From assembly GCA_937138345.1 (NCBI GenBank), contig CAKZOW010000075.1, forward strand, positions 616 to 64,615: a stretch of 64,000 bases of DNA, given 5' to 3'. The stretch comes from an uncultured archaeon (GTDB lineage: Archaea; Nanobdellota; Nanobdellia; Woesearchaeales; UBA583). The first letter of the stretch is position 1, and the number at the start of each line of letters is the position of its first letter. The notes under the pieces were generated by a model. The model saw nothing but the letters and a program-made list of their open reading frames with translations. It had not been told where the DNA came from and ran no database searches. This document shows positions 18,122 to 28,137 of this stretch, one piece after another. Both the position numbers and the translations under genes were made by a program.

Positions 18122-19543
18122 ATGTTCAAACAAGTTGAAAATAATGATTATATTTCTAATTTTTATCGATATAAACTCTTTAATAAAAAAACAAAAACAT
18201 ATCTTCTCACCTCTGATTCTGGAGCATTTTGTTTTCTTAATTCTCAAGAATTTAGACAGCTCAAAAGAGGGACAATAACTTCTCAAAAAACATACCAACT
18301 CTTAGAAGAAAAAGGAATTATTATCTCAAAAAACAATATAAAAAAAACTCAAATTCAAATGGGGACCCGTTATTCGTTTCTACAAAATGGATGTTCACTC
18401 CATATTGTAATTCCAACTGCACGTTGCAATCTTGGCTGTGATTATTGTTTTGCAGATCCAAGTGAAATACATGCACCTAAAGGTGAAAATGACATGGATG
18501 AAGCAACTGCAAAAAAAACAGTAGAATTTATTTTAAACTCTCCCTCTAGTGCAATAACAATAGAATTTACAGGAGGGGAGCCACTTGCTAGATTTGATTT
18601 AGTAAAAATAATGGTAGAGCATGCTCAAAAACTAAATAAAAAATTAAAAAAAGATCTAAGATTCTCAATTGTCACAAATCTCTCATTGATGAACACATCA
18701 ATCATGGAATTTTTCATAGAACACAACATAAATATATGTACATCTCTTGACGGACCAAAACAACTCCACAATAAACATAGAATAATTCATGCAAAACAAG
18801 GAAAAGAAATTGGTACTTTTGATACAGTTATTCATTGGATGAAAACAATAAATAAAGAATACAAAAAAAGAAATATCAACAATAAAGTATATGCACTTAT
18901 GACAATTACAAAAGATTCCTTAAACTATTCAAAAGAGATAATAGATACATACCTAGAATTAGAAATAGAGATGGTAGATATCAGAGCAATGATGTATGTT
19001 GGAAGAATTACTGAAGAAAATAATAAACAATACCTCTACGAGTATAAAGATTTTATCACATTTTATCAAAAATGTTTAGATTATATTAAAGAACTACAAA
19101 AAAAAGGAATTGAAATAGAAGATAGAATGACTCATTTATATAAAAAAAAAATACTCACTGGAAAACCACAATACCACACCGATTATGAATCTCCTTGGGG
19201 TGCAGGTATTTCTGCATTAACATATCACTCAAATGGACACATTTACTGTTGTCATGAAGCCTTAGGTAACGATGACTTTTTACTAGGGAACGTACATCAA
19301 CAATGGTTAGAATTATTTCAAACAAAAGAAATGGCTTTTACAATTATGAGCTCAATGCTTGAGAGAAATCCCCAATGTGATCGTTGCGTATACAAACCTT
19401 ATTGTTCAACATCACCTATTGAAAATATATCTTCTCAAAAAGATATTAACTTTAGACCATCTAAGACAATAAGGCACCACGAAACACTCTTTCATTGTGA
19501 AAGGGAATTTAATAAAATATTAGAAAATGAAACTAGAGAATAA
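18122..19543 (+). CDS. radical SAM/SPASM-domain maturase (anSME / HxsB-C-like)
   Basis: CNLGCDYCF radical SAM cluster motif, GGEPL, and a C-terminal SPASM Cys pattern (IYCCHEALGNDDFLLGNV ... CDRCVYKPYCSTSP). Start moved to the ATG at 18122. Confidence 0.8.
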   Translation: MFKQVENNDYISNFYRYKLFNKKTKTYLLTSDSGAFCFLNSQEFRQLKRGTITSQKTYQLLEEKGIIISKNNIKKTQIQMGTRYSFLQNGCSLHIVIPTARCNLGCDYCFADPSEIHAPKGENDMDEATAKKTVEFILNSPSSAITIEFTGGEPLARFDLVKIMVEHAQKLNKKLKKDLRFSIVTNLSLMNTSIMEFFIEHNINICTSLDGPKQLHNKHRIIHAKQGKEIGTFDTVIHWMKTINKEYKKRNINNKVYALMTITKDSLNYSKEIIDTYLELEIEMVDIRAMMYVGRITEENNKQYLYEYKDFITFYQKCLDYIKELQKKGIEIEDRMTHLYKKKILTGKPQYHTDYESPWGAGISALTYHSNGHIYCCHEALGNDDFLLGNVHQQWLELFQTKEMAFTIMSSMLERNPQCDRCVYKPYCSTSPIENISSQKDINFRPSKTIRHHETLFHCEREFNKILENETRE

Positions 19544-19742
19544 GATAGATAAACCTTTTTCATATCTTGGGAATATACAAGAAATAAGTTTGCAATATTT
19601 AGAAAAACTTCCTTTTGAAAAAGCATTGGAATTTAGAAATGAAATGCTCAATCAATTTCCAAATTCTAGGAAGTATATCTCAGAAAAAGCATACGAAATA
19701 ATTTTACTGCAATACAATCCAAATAAAAAAACATTTCATTAA
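19527..19742 (+). CDS. hypothetical small protein
   Basis: 71-aa ORF overlapping the rSAM 3' end by 17 nt. No recognisable motifs. Confidence 0.35.
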   Translation: MKLENKIDKPFSYLGNIQEISLQYLEKLPFEKALEFRNEMLNQFPNSRKYISEKAYEIILLQYNPNKKTFH

Positions 19743-19794
19743 AAAAATCAAAGTAAAAAATAATATAATTGTATTTTTTGAAGAAAAAATAATT

Positions 19795-19921
19795 AAAAAT
19801 TAGCAAAGCTAATTTTTGTAGCTTTTTTGACAAAGTCAAGGATGTTCAAAAACTAACATAGTTAGTTTTTGTAGCTTTATTTCTAAGAAATAAAGTTCAA
19901 AAATTAGCAAAGCTAATTTTT
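19795..19921. terminator. array of five A5-stem-loop-T5 hairpins between convergent genes (likely bidirectional terminators)
   Basis: AAAAATTAGC-AAA-GCTAATTTTT occurs at 19795 and 19899. AAAAACTAAC-ATA-GTTAGTTTTT at 19848 has compensatory changes. These are interleaved with TTGAC-AAA-GTCAA and TTTATTTCT/AGAAATAAA. The last hairpin contains the ppa stop codon. Confidence 0.6.
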
Positions 19922-20440
19922 GTATTCTTTATCATAGAGCTCAAATGACTTTTGAATACTCTCAATTGCTGTTGCTCTATCTTCCCAAGCCCCAACTTCA
20001 ACTTCTTTTTTCTGTAAATTCTTATAAACTTTGAAAAACTCTTGCATCTCCGCTAAAAGGTGAGGTGCAACATCAGTAATTTCTTTCATATGAGCAAATC
20101 TTGGATCTTTTACAGGAACTGCTAAAACTTTGGCATCTCCTTCACCACCATCAATCATATCTAAAACACCAAGTGCTCTACATTTTACAATACAACCAGG
20201 AACTAATGGTTCTTCAGATAGTACTAATACATCAAGAGGATCACCATCTTCCCAAAGTGTTTGTGGAACAAATCCATAATTTGCAGAGTAATGCATAGGA
20301 GAGTATAATACTCTATCAAACATAATTAAACCTGTATCTTTATCTACTTCATACTTTACTCTAGATCCTTTAGAGATTTCAATTACAGCTGTAAATTCTT
20401 CTGAAGATTTTCTATCAACATCGTGCCATAAATTAACCAT
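19913..20440 (-). CDS. ppa: inorganic pyrophosphatase (family I)
   Basis: EDGDPLDVLVL and DGGEGDAKVLAVP motifs over a 175-aa length. Confidence 0.9.
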   Translation of the reverse strand: MVNLWHDVDRKSSEEFTAVIEISKGSRVKYEVDKDTGLIMFDRVLYSPMHYSANYGFVPQTLWEDGDPLDVLVLSEEPLVPGCIVKCRALGVLDMIDGGEGDAKVLAVPVKDPRFAHMKEITDVAPHLLAEMQEFFKVYKNLQKKEVEVGAWEDRATAIESIQKSFELYDKEYKN

Positions 20441-20492
20441 TTTCTGTAGTATTAAGATAAAGGCCCATGTTTATATACTTTGTTGTTACATA

Positions 20493-21302
20493 CTAATTTG
20501 ATTTACTAAAGCTTAAATTAAGAAATGCACTTCCCTCATCTTCTCCATAATAGAGAAAAAATGTTTCATTTCCATAGAGAGTGTAATTCTCAATAACATA
20601 ACTCTGTTTACTATCAAAAGTCTGTAAAACCAATATATCATCTATATAAAAATCTGCATAATCATCTGCCTTTAAACTAATAGTATAATTCCCAACTAAA
20701 TCATTTTTTTTAGAAAAATCCAAATATACAAAATCTTCTCCATAAGTAAACAAAGAATCATTACCCCAAGAAAAATCTAAACTTGAATTTAATGATTTAT
20801 TTATCCACAAAGAATCCTCTTCTGTTGATACAACTTCTAAAATCCAAGGAGTTGATGAAGGTTTAGTTTCTGATGAAGTAAAATAAAAAACATTATTTTC
20901 AAAATACATCTCTTCCCCAATTGTATTAGGAATTAATGAAATTGCAACTAAATCTGAAATATTCTCTACGAGAAAACTCTTGTTTAAACTACTTCCGACT
21001 TCTAAATAAGGTATTTCAAATATAGTTGAATAATTACTATAGTACAATTTTAAAATAGGAAAATAAGATACTTTATCTCCTTTATTTCCTAATTGAAATG
21101 TCAAATCAAAGCTTGAAGTATCATAAGTAACTTCATCAATAAAAAGATCTACATAAGAAAGAACTTCTTTCTTGTATTCAATAGAATTTGAATTTCCTTG
21201 CTCAAAGGCAAAGCCAATATTTTCTTCATAACTATCTCTATCAAAAGCAGATACTGTAAAAAAAGAGATAGTAAAAACTATAACAATAACAAATAATTTC
21301 AT
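20493..21302 (-). CDS. secreted protein with C-terminal PA14-like domain
   Basis: Signal peptide MKLFVIVIVFTISFFTVSA. C-terminus LDFSWGNDSL...GNYTISLKADDYADFYIDDILVL...YGEDEGSAFLNLSF matches the PA14 pattern. Confidence 0.55.
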   Translation of the reverse strand: MKLFVIVIVFTISFFTVSAFDRDSYEENIGFAFEQGNSNSIEYKKEVLSYVDLFIDEVTYDTSSFDLTFQLGNKGDKVSYFPILKLYYSNYSTIFEIPYLEVGSSLNKSFLVENISDLVAISLIPNTIGEEMYFENNVFYFTSSETKPSSTPWILEVVSTEEDSLWINKSLNSSLDFSWGNDSLFTYGEDFVYLDFSKKNDLVGNYTISLKADDYADFYIDDILVLQTFDSKQSYVIENYTLYGNETFFLYYGEDEGSAFLNLSFSKSN

Positions 21303-21306
21303 TTTT

Positions 21307-21609
21307 CTATAAAACCATAACTATTAAATAAGCTCCAAAAAGAGCTACTGCAAATAAAATTGCCATAAACGAACCTAGTAAAACTAATATTTTTATTAAA
21401 AGTGGATAAGAAGAAATATTCTTATAAAAATACATCAAAGCCAGATACATGAAAAAATAGACTACTGATATAAACAAGGATAATAAAAATCCTTCAAAAA
21501 AAGAATTCATATGTCTTCCTGGAAAATGTATCACAAAGTTTATTAAATTTAGTAATAATAACGAAATAAAAAAAATTAAAATTGAAATTTTCTTATTATT
21601 TAGTTTCAT
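21307..21609 (-). CDS. small membrane protein
   Basis: Track ORF is 21307..21654. The Met at 21609 (MKLNNKKISILIFF) gives three hydrophobic helices. Confidence 0.4.
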   Translation of the reverse strand: MKLNNKKISILIFFISLLLLNLINFVIHFPGRHMNSFFEGFLLSLFISVVYFFMYLALMYFYKNISSYPLLIKILVLLGSFMAILFAVALFGAYLIVMVL

Positions 21610-24277
21610 TTTTTCCCTCCAAGTAGTTTTTAATAATGAAAAATAGATTCTCATTATCTGTCATTTGAAAGTGTAGTTCATCCACTTCTTTATATATTTT
21701 ATTCACTGATTTAATGTTCTCAAAAATACTCTCCATATCCTTAGTTGAAACAATTACATCATTATCTGATAAGTATGGAGGGTTTCCCGCAATAAGTAAA
21801 ATATCATCTACTACAATACTTCCTGGTTGTTCATCTGAATCACTTTGAATCCAAGTAATATATTGTTCAAAGAGATTCAAAGAAATTTTAGTAGTATCCC
21901 CAAAATTCATATAAAAACCAGCCAAGTCTAATAATAGATCAAAGTTATTAACTAGACTATATTTACTTAGTGAATGTGCAACATCTCCTTGTGAAACATG
22001 AGTTAAATTCTTCAAATACAAATCTGATAAAGATGAATTTCCTCTATCATTGAGAATACCTCCAAAAAAAGATAAATCCTCAAAAGCTCCTGGGGCTCCA
22101 AGCAGTACTGTTTTTTCCAAAATTGAAGAATCGAAAAATCCTTGTGAAAGTGAGTCTAAAAACACCCTAGCTCCGTTACTATGACCAATATAAGAAATTG
22201 ACTGTGAAGAATCAATTTCTAATACATAAGAGAGCAACTCTGGAAAAATAATTGAAATTAAATCTTCATAATAATAATTATAGCAGCTATTACATTCTAA
22301 ATGATCTCCCCCATTCATTTCAATTAAATATACTGTATATCCTTCTTGAGCAAATTTTTTTCCCATAGAATAAAATGAATCTATTGAACTCCACAGACCA
22401 CCACTCATAACAATTGGAATTTGTTTAGCAGAGTCAAAAGATACAATGCTCGTAGGAGATATTTTCTTTATACTATAATTATAATATTCATTATTCAAAA
22501 AAATAGACTTAGCATAATCTTCTTCTACAATTGGAGAAAGTATACTCTTATTGAGCAAAGAAAAAAATTTCAAATAAGCATTAATATTTTCTGATCTTGA
22601 TTCTACAAATAGAGAATCTTGTTTAAAGGTATCTTCATATCTAATAAAATAATCTAAAGCAACTAATAAACCTTCAATTGTTGGGGACTTAATGTTAATT
22701 TGATTCAGCGAAGAATTAATATCAAAAGAATATGGTACCAAACTTCCAATATCTCCCAATGATAATACTAGAGATGTTGAAAATTGAGAATTTTCTGATA
22801 AGACAATCTCTTTTTTAATATACTCTTTTATAGTAAGGCTCTGCTCTTCTGAAATGTTTTTTAGTTGGAGATTATATCCTTCTAAATCGAAATTTTTTCT
22901 ATATACTTCTAAATGATTTTTTTTAATAAATATTGAAATAGAATCTACATTGTTTTTCCTAAGAATTGGAACTAATAAATTTTTTTGATAAAAAAAATTC
23001 AAAGTAATTTCATCTTCAAAAATAATTTTTCCCTCTTTTTCAAAAAAAATAATAATATCTTCATTTAAAAAACTCCTATCACTCAAATAAAAATCAAAAA
23101 CAAAGTGGGAACTATTCATTGATACTAAATTAGCAAAAATTTCTTGATCACTATGTTCTAGAGTATAAAAACCATCGATATTTACTCTAGAACTATCATA
23201 AATTCTTGATTCTATAAATTCCCTTGAATCTAATCCAAAATTATTATTTGTTGCATGAAGAAACGTAGTTCCATAATTATTGAAAATAGTATCTTTAGCA
23301 TAAATTGTAGAGTTCTCGATTCTCTCTGCTCTTGAAGTTCCCATAGTAGTATAATAATCAAATTCAACCCCAACATCAACATCAAAAATACTAACATTAT
23401 TAATTGTATTTCTATTTGAAATTTGATTATAATAACCATAATATTTTTTTGCTCTAGATTCATATGTGAAAAAAAATCCCTTAGTATAATTTGAAATTGT
23501 ACAACCATTAAATGTTGTAATCTCAGCACCCTTACCTATTACTCCAACTCCTTTTCCATCACCATATATATGAGTGCCAAGACATCTAGTATCTGATCTA
23601 GATCTGATTTCAATTCCACTTGGTAAATAATAACTTCCTGAACATAGTGTCTCATCTGAGTTAAATTTCATACCATCTAAAGGTATAAAACAACTACATG
23701 AAGAAGCTTTATCTCCTAAAAATATATTCTCATCACCATCATCACATAACTGTAACGAAGATGAATACGTGTAATTGAAAGTAGAATCATAAAAAGTATT
23801 ATTTACCACTAATGTTCTTGGAGAATTCGGCGCATAAATTGAAATAGTGTTTCCAATAAAAAAAGAACTAATGATATCTGTATCTACATGATATTTACCT
23901 AAATAAAAACCTACTTCATTATTTCTATAAGTATTATTGTAAAAATTATTATAAAAAGCTCTATCTCCTGAAGCATATGTAGAGAACAGTACTCCTTGTG
24001 AAAAATTATCAACAACACAACCATGCACATTTTTTTTATCAACAAAATCAAATTTGAGCCCAAAGCCATTTTTCTCACCACCTATTGTGAAACCATTACA
24101 ATTAAGATGGTTTTTAACAATAAGCCCATTGCCACTACAATGTAAATTTTCTTGCATAACATAAGATGAAGTAACTGTATCTCCACAAGAACATTGTACG
24201 CTCCCTCCGCAGTTTTTAGCATAAATTCCACTAGAAAAAAATGCTATTATGAAAACCAAACATATTATTCGTTTCAT
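21596..24277 (-). CDS. secreted fusion protein: right-handed beta-helix (NosD/CASH-like) N-domain plus alpha/beta-hydrolase (lipase/esterase) C-domain
   Basis: Start moved to the ATG at 24277 (MKRIICLVFIIAFFSSGIYA). Cys-rich beta-helix cap (CGGSVQCSCGDTV...NCNGFTIGG) with repeated N-rich turns. C-terminal GxSxG nucleophile elbow YIGHSNGA. Confidence 0.55.
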   Translation of the reverse strand: MKRIICLVFIIAFFSSGIYAKNCGGSVQCSCGDTVTSSYVMQENLHCSGNGLIVKNHLNCNGFTIGGEKNGFGLKFDFVDKKNVHGCVVDNFSQGVLFSTYASGDRAFYNNFYNNTYRNNEVGFYLGKYHVDTDIISSFFIGNTISIYAPNSPRTLVVNNTFYDSTFNYTYSSSLQLCDDGDENIFLGDKASSCSCFIPLDGMKFNSDETLCSGSYYLPSGIEIRSRSDTRCLGTHIYGDGKGVGVIGKGAEITTFNGCTISNYTKGFFFTYESRAKKYYGYYNQISNRNTINNVSIFDVDVGVEFDYYTTMGTSRAERIENSTIYAKDTIFNNYGTTFLHATNNNFGLDSREFIESRIYDSSRVNIDGFYTLEHSDQEIFANLVSMNSSHFVFDFYLSDRSFLNEDIIIFFEKEGKIIFEDEITLNFFYQKNLLVPILRKNNVDSISIFIKKNHLEVYRKNFDLEGYNLQLKNISEEQSLTIKEYIKKEIVLSENSQFSTSLVLSLGDIGSLVPYSFDINSSLNQINIKSPTIEGLLVALDYFIRYEDTFKQDSLFVESRSENINAYLKFFSLLNKSILSPIVEEDYAKSIFLNNEYYNYSIKKISPTSIVSFDSAKQIPIVMSGGLWSSIDSFYSMGKKFAQEGYTVYLIEMNGGDHLECNSCYNYYYEDLISIIFPELLSYVLEIDSSQSISYIGHSNGARVFLDSLSQGFFDSSILEKTVLLGAPGAFEDLSFFGGILNDRGNSSLSDLYLKNLTHVSQGDVAHSLSKYSLVNNFDLLLDLAGFYMNFGDTTKISLNLFEQYITWIQSDSDEQPGSIVVDDILLIAGNPPYLSDNDVIVSTKDMESIFENIKSVNKIYKEVDELHFQMTDNENLFFIIKNYLEGKNETK

Positions 24278-24697
24278 AACAATGCCTATAAAAATAATTA
24301 TAAAATAATTTTGAGATAAAAATTCATCAAAATAAAAAAATAGGATAACAAATTGTAATATGGAAACCCTAAAGTGTATATTTGTTGAGTAAAAAAATAA
24401 CTTAAAAATCATAAGAAAAAAACAAGATTCATTAACTTTTATTCTGTCATTAAACGTAAAAACACTATCTTATATAAGAAATAAATTGTAATAAACTATA
24501 AGTCAAACCAATAAGAACTTATTCTAAAATTCAAACGAAAAATGATCTTACCAAAAACTGAAGCAAAAACAAAAAAGAATCCTGAGCTAACAAAAGCAGA
24601 AAATGCCTTTATTGAAAATATGTTAAAAGGAACATATACAAAATAAATATTTTTAACTAAATCTTAATTTTTCTCCCCGCTTGTCTCTTGACTAATG

Positions 24698-25276
24698 TCA
24701 CTTGACTCGCATGTATTTGTGGCATCCTTGAAAATGATCATTAACAATTCCCACTGCTTGTAAATAGGCATAGATAATTGTTGATCCTACAAAATTCATA
24801 CCTCTTTTCTTTAAATCTTTTGAGATGGTATCAGACAAAGAAGTTGTTGCAGGAATATCACTTACTTCGCTCCAATTTCCTTTAATAGGTGTATTATCTA
24901 CAAAGGACCAAAGATACTTAGAAAAAGATCCAAATTCGTGTTTGATTTCAATAAACACTTTAGCATTTCTAGTAGCAGATCTCACCTTTAATTTATTTCT
25001 CACAATCCCTGGATTTTGCAATAATTCTTCAAATTTGTCCTCGTCGTATTGAGCTACTTTTTCTACATCAAATTGATCGAATGCTGTTCTATAATTTTCT
25101 CGTTTATTAAGAATTGTCTCCCATGAAAGCCCTGCATGTGCTCCTTCTAAAATAAGCATTTCAAAAAGGGTTCTATCATCATTAACAGGAACTCCCCATT
25201 CTTCATCATGATACTTTGCATATACTTCTGAATGTGATCCAAAACACCTTGTTTTACTGTCTATTGTTTGTTTCAT
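24698..25276 (-). CDS. tag: DNA-3-methyladenine glycosylase I
   Basis: YHDEEWGVPVNDDRTLFEMLILEGAHAGLSWETILNKRENYR, a typical Tag sequence. Confidence 0.9.
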   Translation of the reverse strand: MKQTIDSKTRCFGSHSEVYAKYHDEEWGVPVNDDRTLFEMLILEGAHAGLSWETILNKRENYRTAFDQFDVEKVAQYDEDKFEELLQNPGIVRNKLKVRSATRNAKVFIEIKHEFGSFSKYLWSFVDNTPIKGNWSEVSDIPATTSLSDTISKDLKKRGMNFVGSTIIYAYLQAVGIVNDHFQGCHKYMRVK

Positions 25277-25643
25277 GTTATTTTAATTATTCAAGATACA
25301 AGAACAAATTTTTCATAATATGTATGAGCAATATAAATTTATAAATATATGTTGGAAGAAAATAAAAGGAAAACCAAAATTTACCTTAAGAGAACAATAT
25401 ATGAATATTTCTGGAACATAACTATTTAATACTTATTAAGTATTTTATCTAGGTAAATAAAAAGTCATCAGTATCTACAAAGTAATTTGAATATGGCCTC
25501 TCTAAATCAATTGCTTTATCTACTTTCAAATATATAAACATAAACATTTTGCACTAAAAAAAATTAAAATTAAAATTAAATTAAAAGTTGACGAAAATTC
25601 TTCTAAATATAATTATTAATTATAATATTTAATTGAATAAACA

Positions 25644-26603
25644 TTATTTTTTATTCCTTCTATTATATTCTATTATATCAAATTGCATTTCATAGGGAAC
25701 TGCAGACAATCCATTATTCTTCATAGTTTTTAAAACTGAACTAGAAAACTTAACCCTTGAAGGTCCACTAAGTAAATTTACTTTCAAAGAATTTGGTGAA
25801 TGTTCAACTTCATTTACTACTGTATCTATTGCATCCCCCATAGAAGATGCCAATACGTTCATAATTCTATAATTTTCTGATGGCAGTTGTTTATGGTAAT
25901 TAATTATAGAATAAAAATTTACATCATCATATAAATCTGGAATATGATATGCAGAATCTGGAATAGTTGTAGAATCCCCACATAATAAAAGAGGGCATAT
26001 TTCTTCATTCCCATATAAATACAAATTTTGAGTTGAATTTAACTTTCCTAGAGATAAAGAGAAATAGCTATTTTGAGGAATATCGTTATAATCCACACCA
26101 TTAAGTCTTTCTAAAACTTTCTCTGAGACAATAAATAGCTCACTTAACAATTTTGGTTTTGGAAGCGGTTTAAAAGCAAAAGGGTTTTCTAAGTGTTCTA
26201 AATAATGCTTAGAAAATTTAGAAATATTCTTTAATGTGATTTGTTCAAGAAGATCGCTAGCAACATGCTCTGATTGAAATTCCTTAAAAAAATCTTCTAA
26301 AGAAGTTTTTCTTAAAGGATGGAAATATGCTAATAATTCTCTTGTATCCTCAATATCAAGATTTCTTTGTGGAAATAGTTTTTTTAAAAAAGAAATATAT
26401 GATTCAGTGTTATATTTTTCTTCATCTGAGAAATTTCCTAAAAAAGCCAATGTGTTTTTTACTGAATACTTCATCTCTGCTAAAATTAGACTAGTATTAC
26501 TTTGAATCCGCATATTTTTCATGTTTTCATACTTTGCTTCAATTTCATCTTCATTACATATAATAACATTATCACCTATACCATAAGCATTTATTCCTTG
26601 CAT
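25644..26603 (-). CDS. hypothetical protein
   Basis: 319-aa ORF. No recognisable motifs. Confidence 0.45.
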   Translation of the reverse strand: MQGINAYGIGDNVIICNEDEIEAKYENMKNMRIQSNTSLILAEMKYSVKNTLAFLGNFSDEEKYNTESYISFLKKLFPQRNLDIEDTRELLAYFHPLRKTSLEDFFKEFQSEHVASDLLEQITLKNISKFSKHYLEHLENPFAFKPLPKPKLLSELFIVSEKVLERLNGVDYNDIPQNSYFSLSLGKLNSTQNLYLYGNEEICPLLLCGDSTTIPDSAYHIPDLYDDVNFYSIINYHKQLPSENYRIMNVLASSMGDAIDTVVNEVEHSPNSLKVNLLSGPSRVKFSSSVLKTMKNNGLSAVPYEMQFDIIEYNRRNKK

Positions 26604-26694
26604 AGAAAAAAGATTTTAGTTAAATAGATAAATGTTACTATTAAAAAATAATAAAATATCATTGTTTTTAAGAGACTACAACATAACTAAATTT

Positions 26695-28137
26695 TTATTT
26701 TTGAGAACCTAAGTCTTTAGGAGGACTATAGATATGAATAGCTTTGCCTTCAACAACTTCTGCTGCTTCAGATAAACCTTCTGAAATAGTTGGATGTGGA
26801 TGAATGGTCAGAGTTAAATCCTTAACTGTAGCTCCCATCTCAATAGCAAGAGTTGCCTCAGCAATAATCTCAGATACATGAGGTCCCGCTGCATGAACCC
26901 CTAAAACTAAATCTGATCCTTCTTCTGCAACTACTTTAATAAAACCATCTGCTCTATCGAACATATGTGCACGAGCTAAAGCAGCATAAGGGAACTTCTT
27001 CTCAATTACTTTAATTCCTCTCTGCTCAGCTTCTACTTTTCTCATACCAACAGAAACTAATTCTGGATCATTAAATACCACTGCCGGAATTACTTGGTTA
27101 TCAAAGTAAGTTTTTTTACCAGCTACTACTTCTCCTGCAACTTTTGCCTCAGCTGATGCTTTATGTGCAAGCATTGGATTACCAACTACATCTCCAATTG
27201 CTAAAATTGAGTCAATATTTGTTTTTTGTTGTTTATCAACTTCAATAAAACCTCTCTCATTTACAGTAACTCCTGCTGCTTCTAAATTCAATCCTGAAGA
27301 GTTTGGTTTTCTACCAACAACTACCATTACTTTATCTGCTTCAATTGATTCTTGTTTACCTTCACTCTCAAAATGAACAATAACTCCAGAATCTGTTTTA
27401 TCACACCCTGTTGCCTTTGAATTATAATGAATAGTTACTCCAAATTCTGGCAATCTTTTTGCAACAACATCAACAATATCTTTATCCATAACTCCAATTA
27501 ATTGGTTTGTCCCTTCTAAGATATGGACTTCAGATCCCAATTTACCATACACAGTACCAAGTTCTGTTCCAATATAACCACCACCTATGATAACTACTTT
27601 TTTAGGTACTTCTTGCAAATTAATTCCTTCATTTGAAGATATTACTTTATCACCATCAAACTCAAACCCAGGAATTTGAATAGGGCTTGAACCTGTAGCT
27701 ACAATTGCATGTTTAAAAGAAATTGTCTCAACATCACTTTGTCCAGAAATTGCCAGAGTATTTTTATCTTTAAATGACGCTACTCCTTCAATAACTTCAA
27801 TTCCATATTTATCAAAAAGACCTTTAATACCTCTCTCCATTTTAGAAATAATACCTTCTTTCCATTCATTCATTTTAGAGAGATCAATATTAATATCTTT
27901 TGCTGAAATACCCATGTTTTCTAAGTCTTTTAAAACATTAAAATAATCTGAGGAAGTAATCAAGGCCTTAGTTGGGATACAACCTACATTAAGACACACA
28001 CCTCCTAACTTTTTTTCTTTTTCAATAACCATAACATCGAGTCCCTGTTGTGCTGCTCTAATTGCTGCAACATATCCTCCAGGCCCTGATCCAATTACTA
28101 CTACATCTGTTTCTACTGTTAAACTTCCAACTACCAT
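26695..28137 (-). CDS. lpdA: dihydrolipoyl dehydrogenase (E3)
   Basis: GSGPGGYVAAIRAAQ FAD motif, redox disulfide GGVCLNVGCIPTK, C-terminal HPHPTISE. Confidence 0.95.
   Translation of the reverse strand: MVVGSLTVETDVVVIGSGPGGYVAAIRAAQQGLDVMVIEKEKKLGGVCLNVGCIPTKALITSSDYFNVLKDLENMGISAKDINIDLSKMNEWKEGIISKMERGIKGLFDKYGIEVIEGVASFKDKNTLAISGQSDVETISFKHAIVATGSSPIQIPGFEFDGDKVISSNEGINLQEVPKKVVIIGGGYIGTELGTVYGKLGSEVHILEGTNQLIGVMDKDIVDVVAKRLPEFGVTIHYNSKATGCDKTDSGVIVHFESEGKQESIEADKVMVVVGRKPNSSGLNLEAAGVTVNERGFIEVDKQQKTNIDSILAIGDVVGNPMLAHKASAEAKVAGEVVAGKKTYFDNQVIPAVVFNDPELVSVGMRKVEAEQRGIKVIEKKFPYAALARAHMFDRADGFIKVVAEEGSDLVLGVHAAGPHVSEIIAEATLAIEMGATVKDLTLTIHPHPTISEGLSEAAEVVEGKAIHIYSPPKDLGSQK

Noticed and set aside
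19795-19921. A CRISPR array
   Set aside because: There are only three copies of the main unit, and they are not identical. The 'spacers' are themselves palindromes. The units are A5/T5-flanked hairpins typical of terminators, and no cas genes are nearby.
24541-24645. A 34-aa ORF (MILPKTEAKTKKNPELTKAENAFIENMLKGTYTK), and likewise a 35-aa hydrophobic ORF at 62118-62225
   Set aside because: There is no motif, coupling or conservation evidence available from the sequence alone. In AT-rich intergenic DNA such ORFs arise easily.
24661-24712. A tandem echo of the tag gene's last codons (AGTCAAGTGACA TT AGTCAAGAGACA on the minus strand)
   Set aside because: It is a 12-mer tandem with a 2-nt gap, directly at the stop. 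There is no spacer or insert motif, so it looks like a simple slippage repeat rather than a member of the tail-duplication family.
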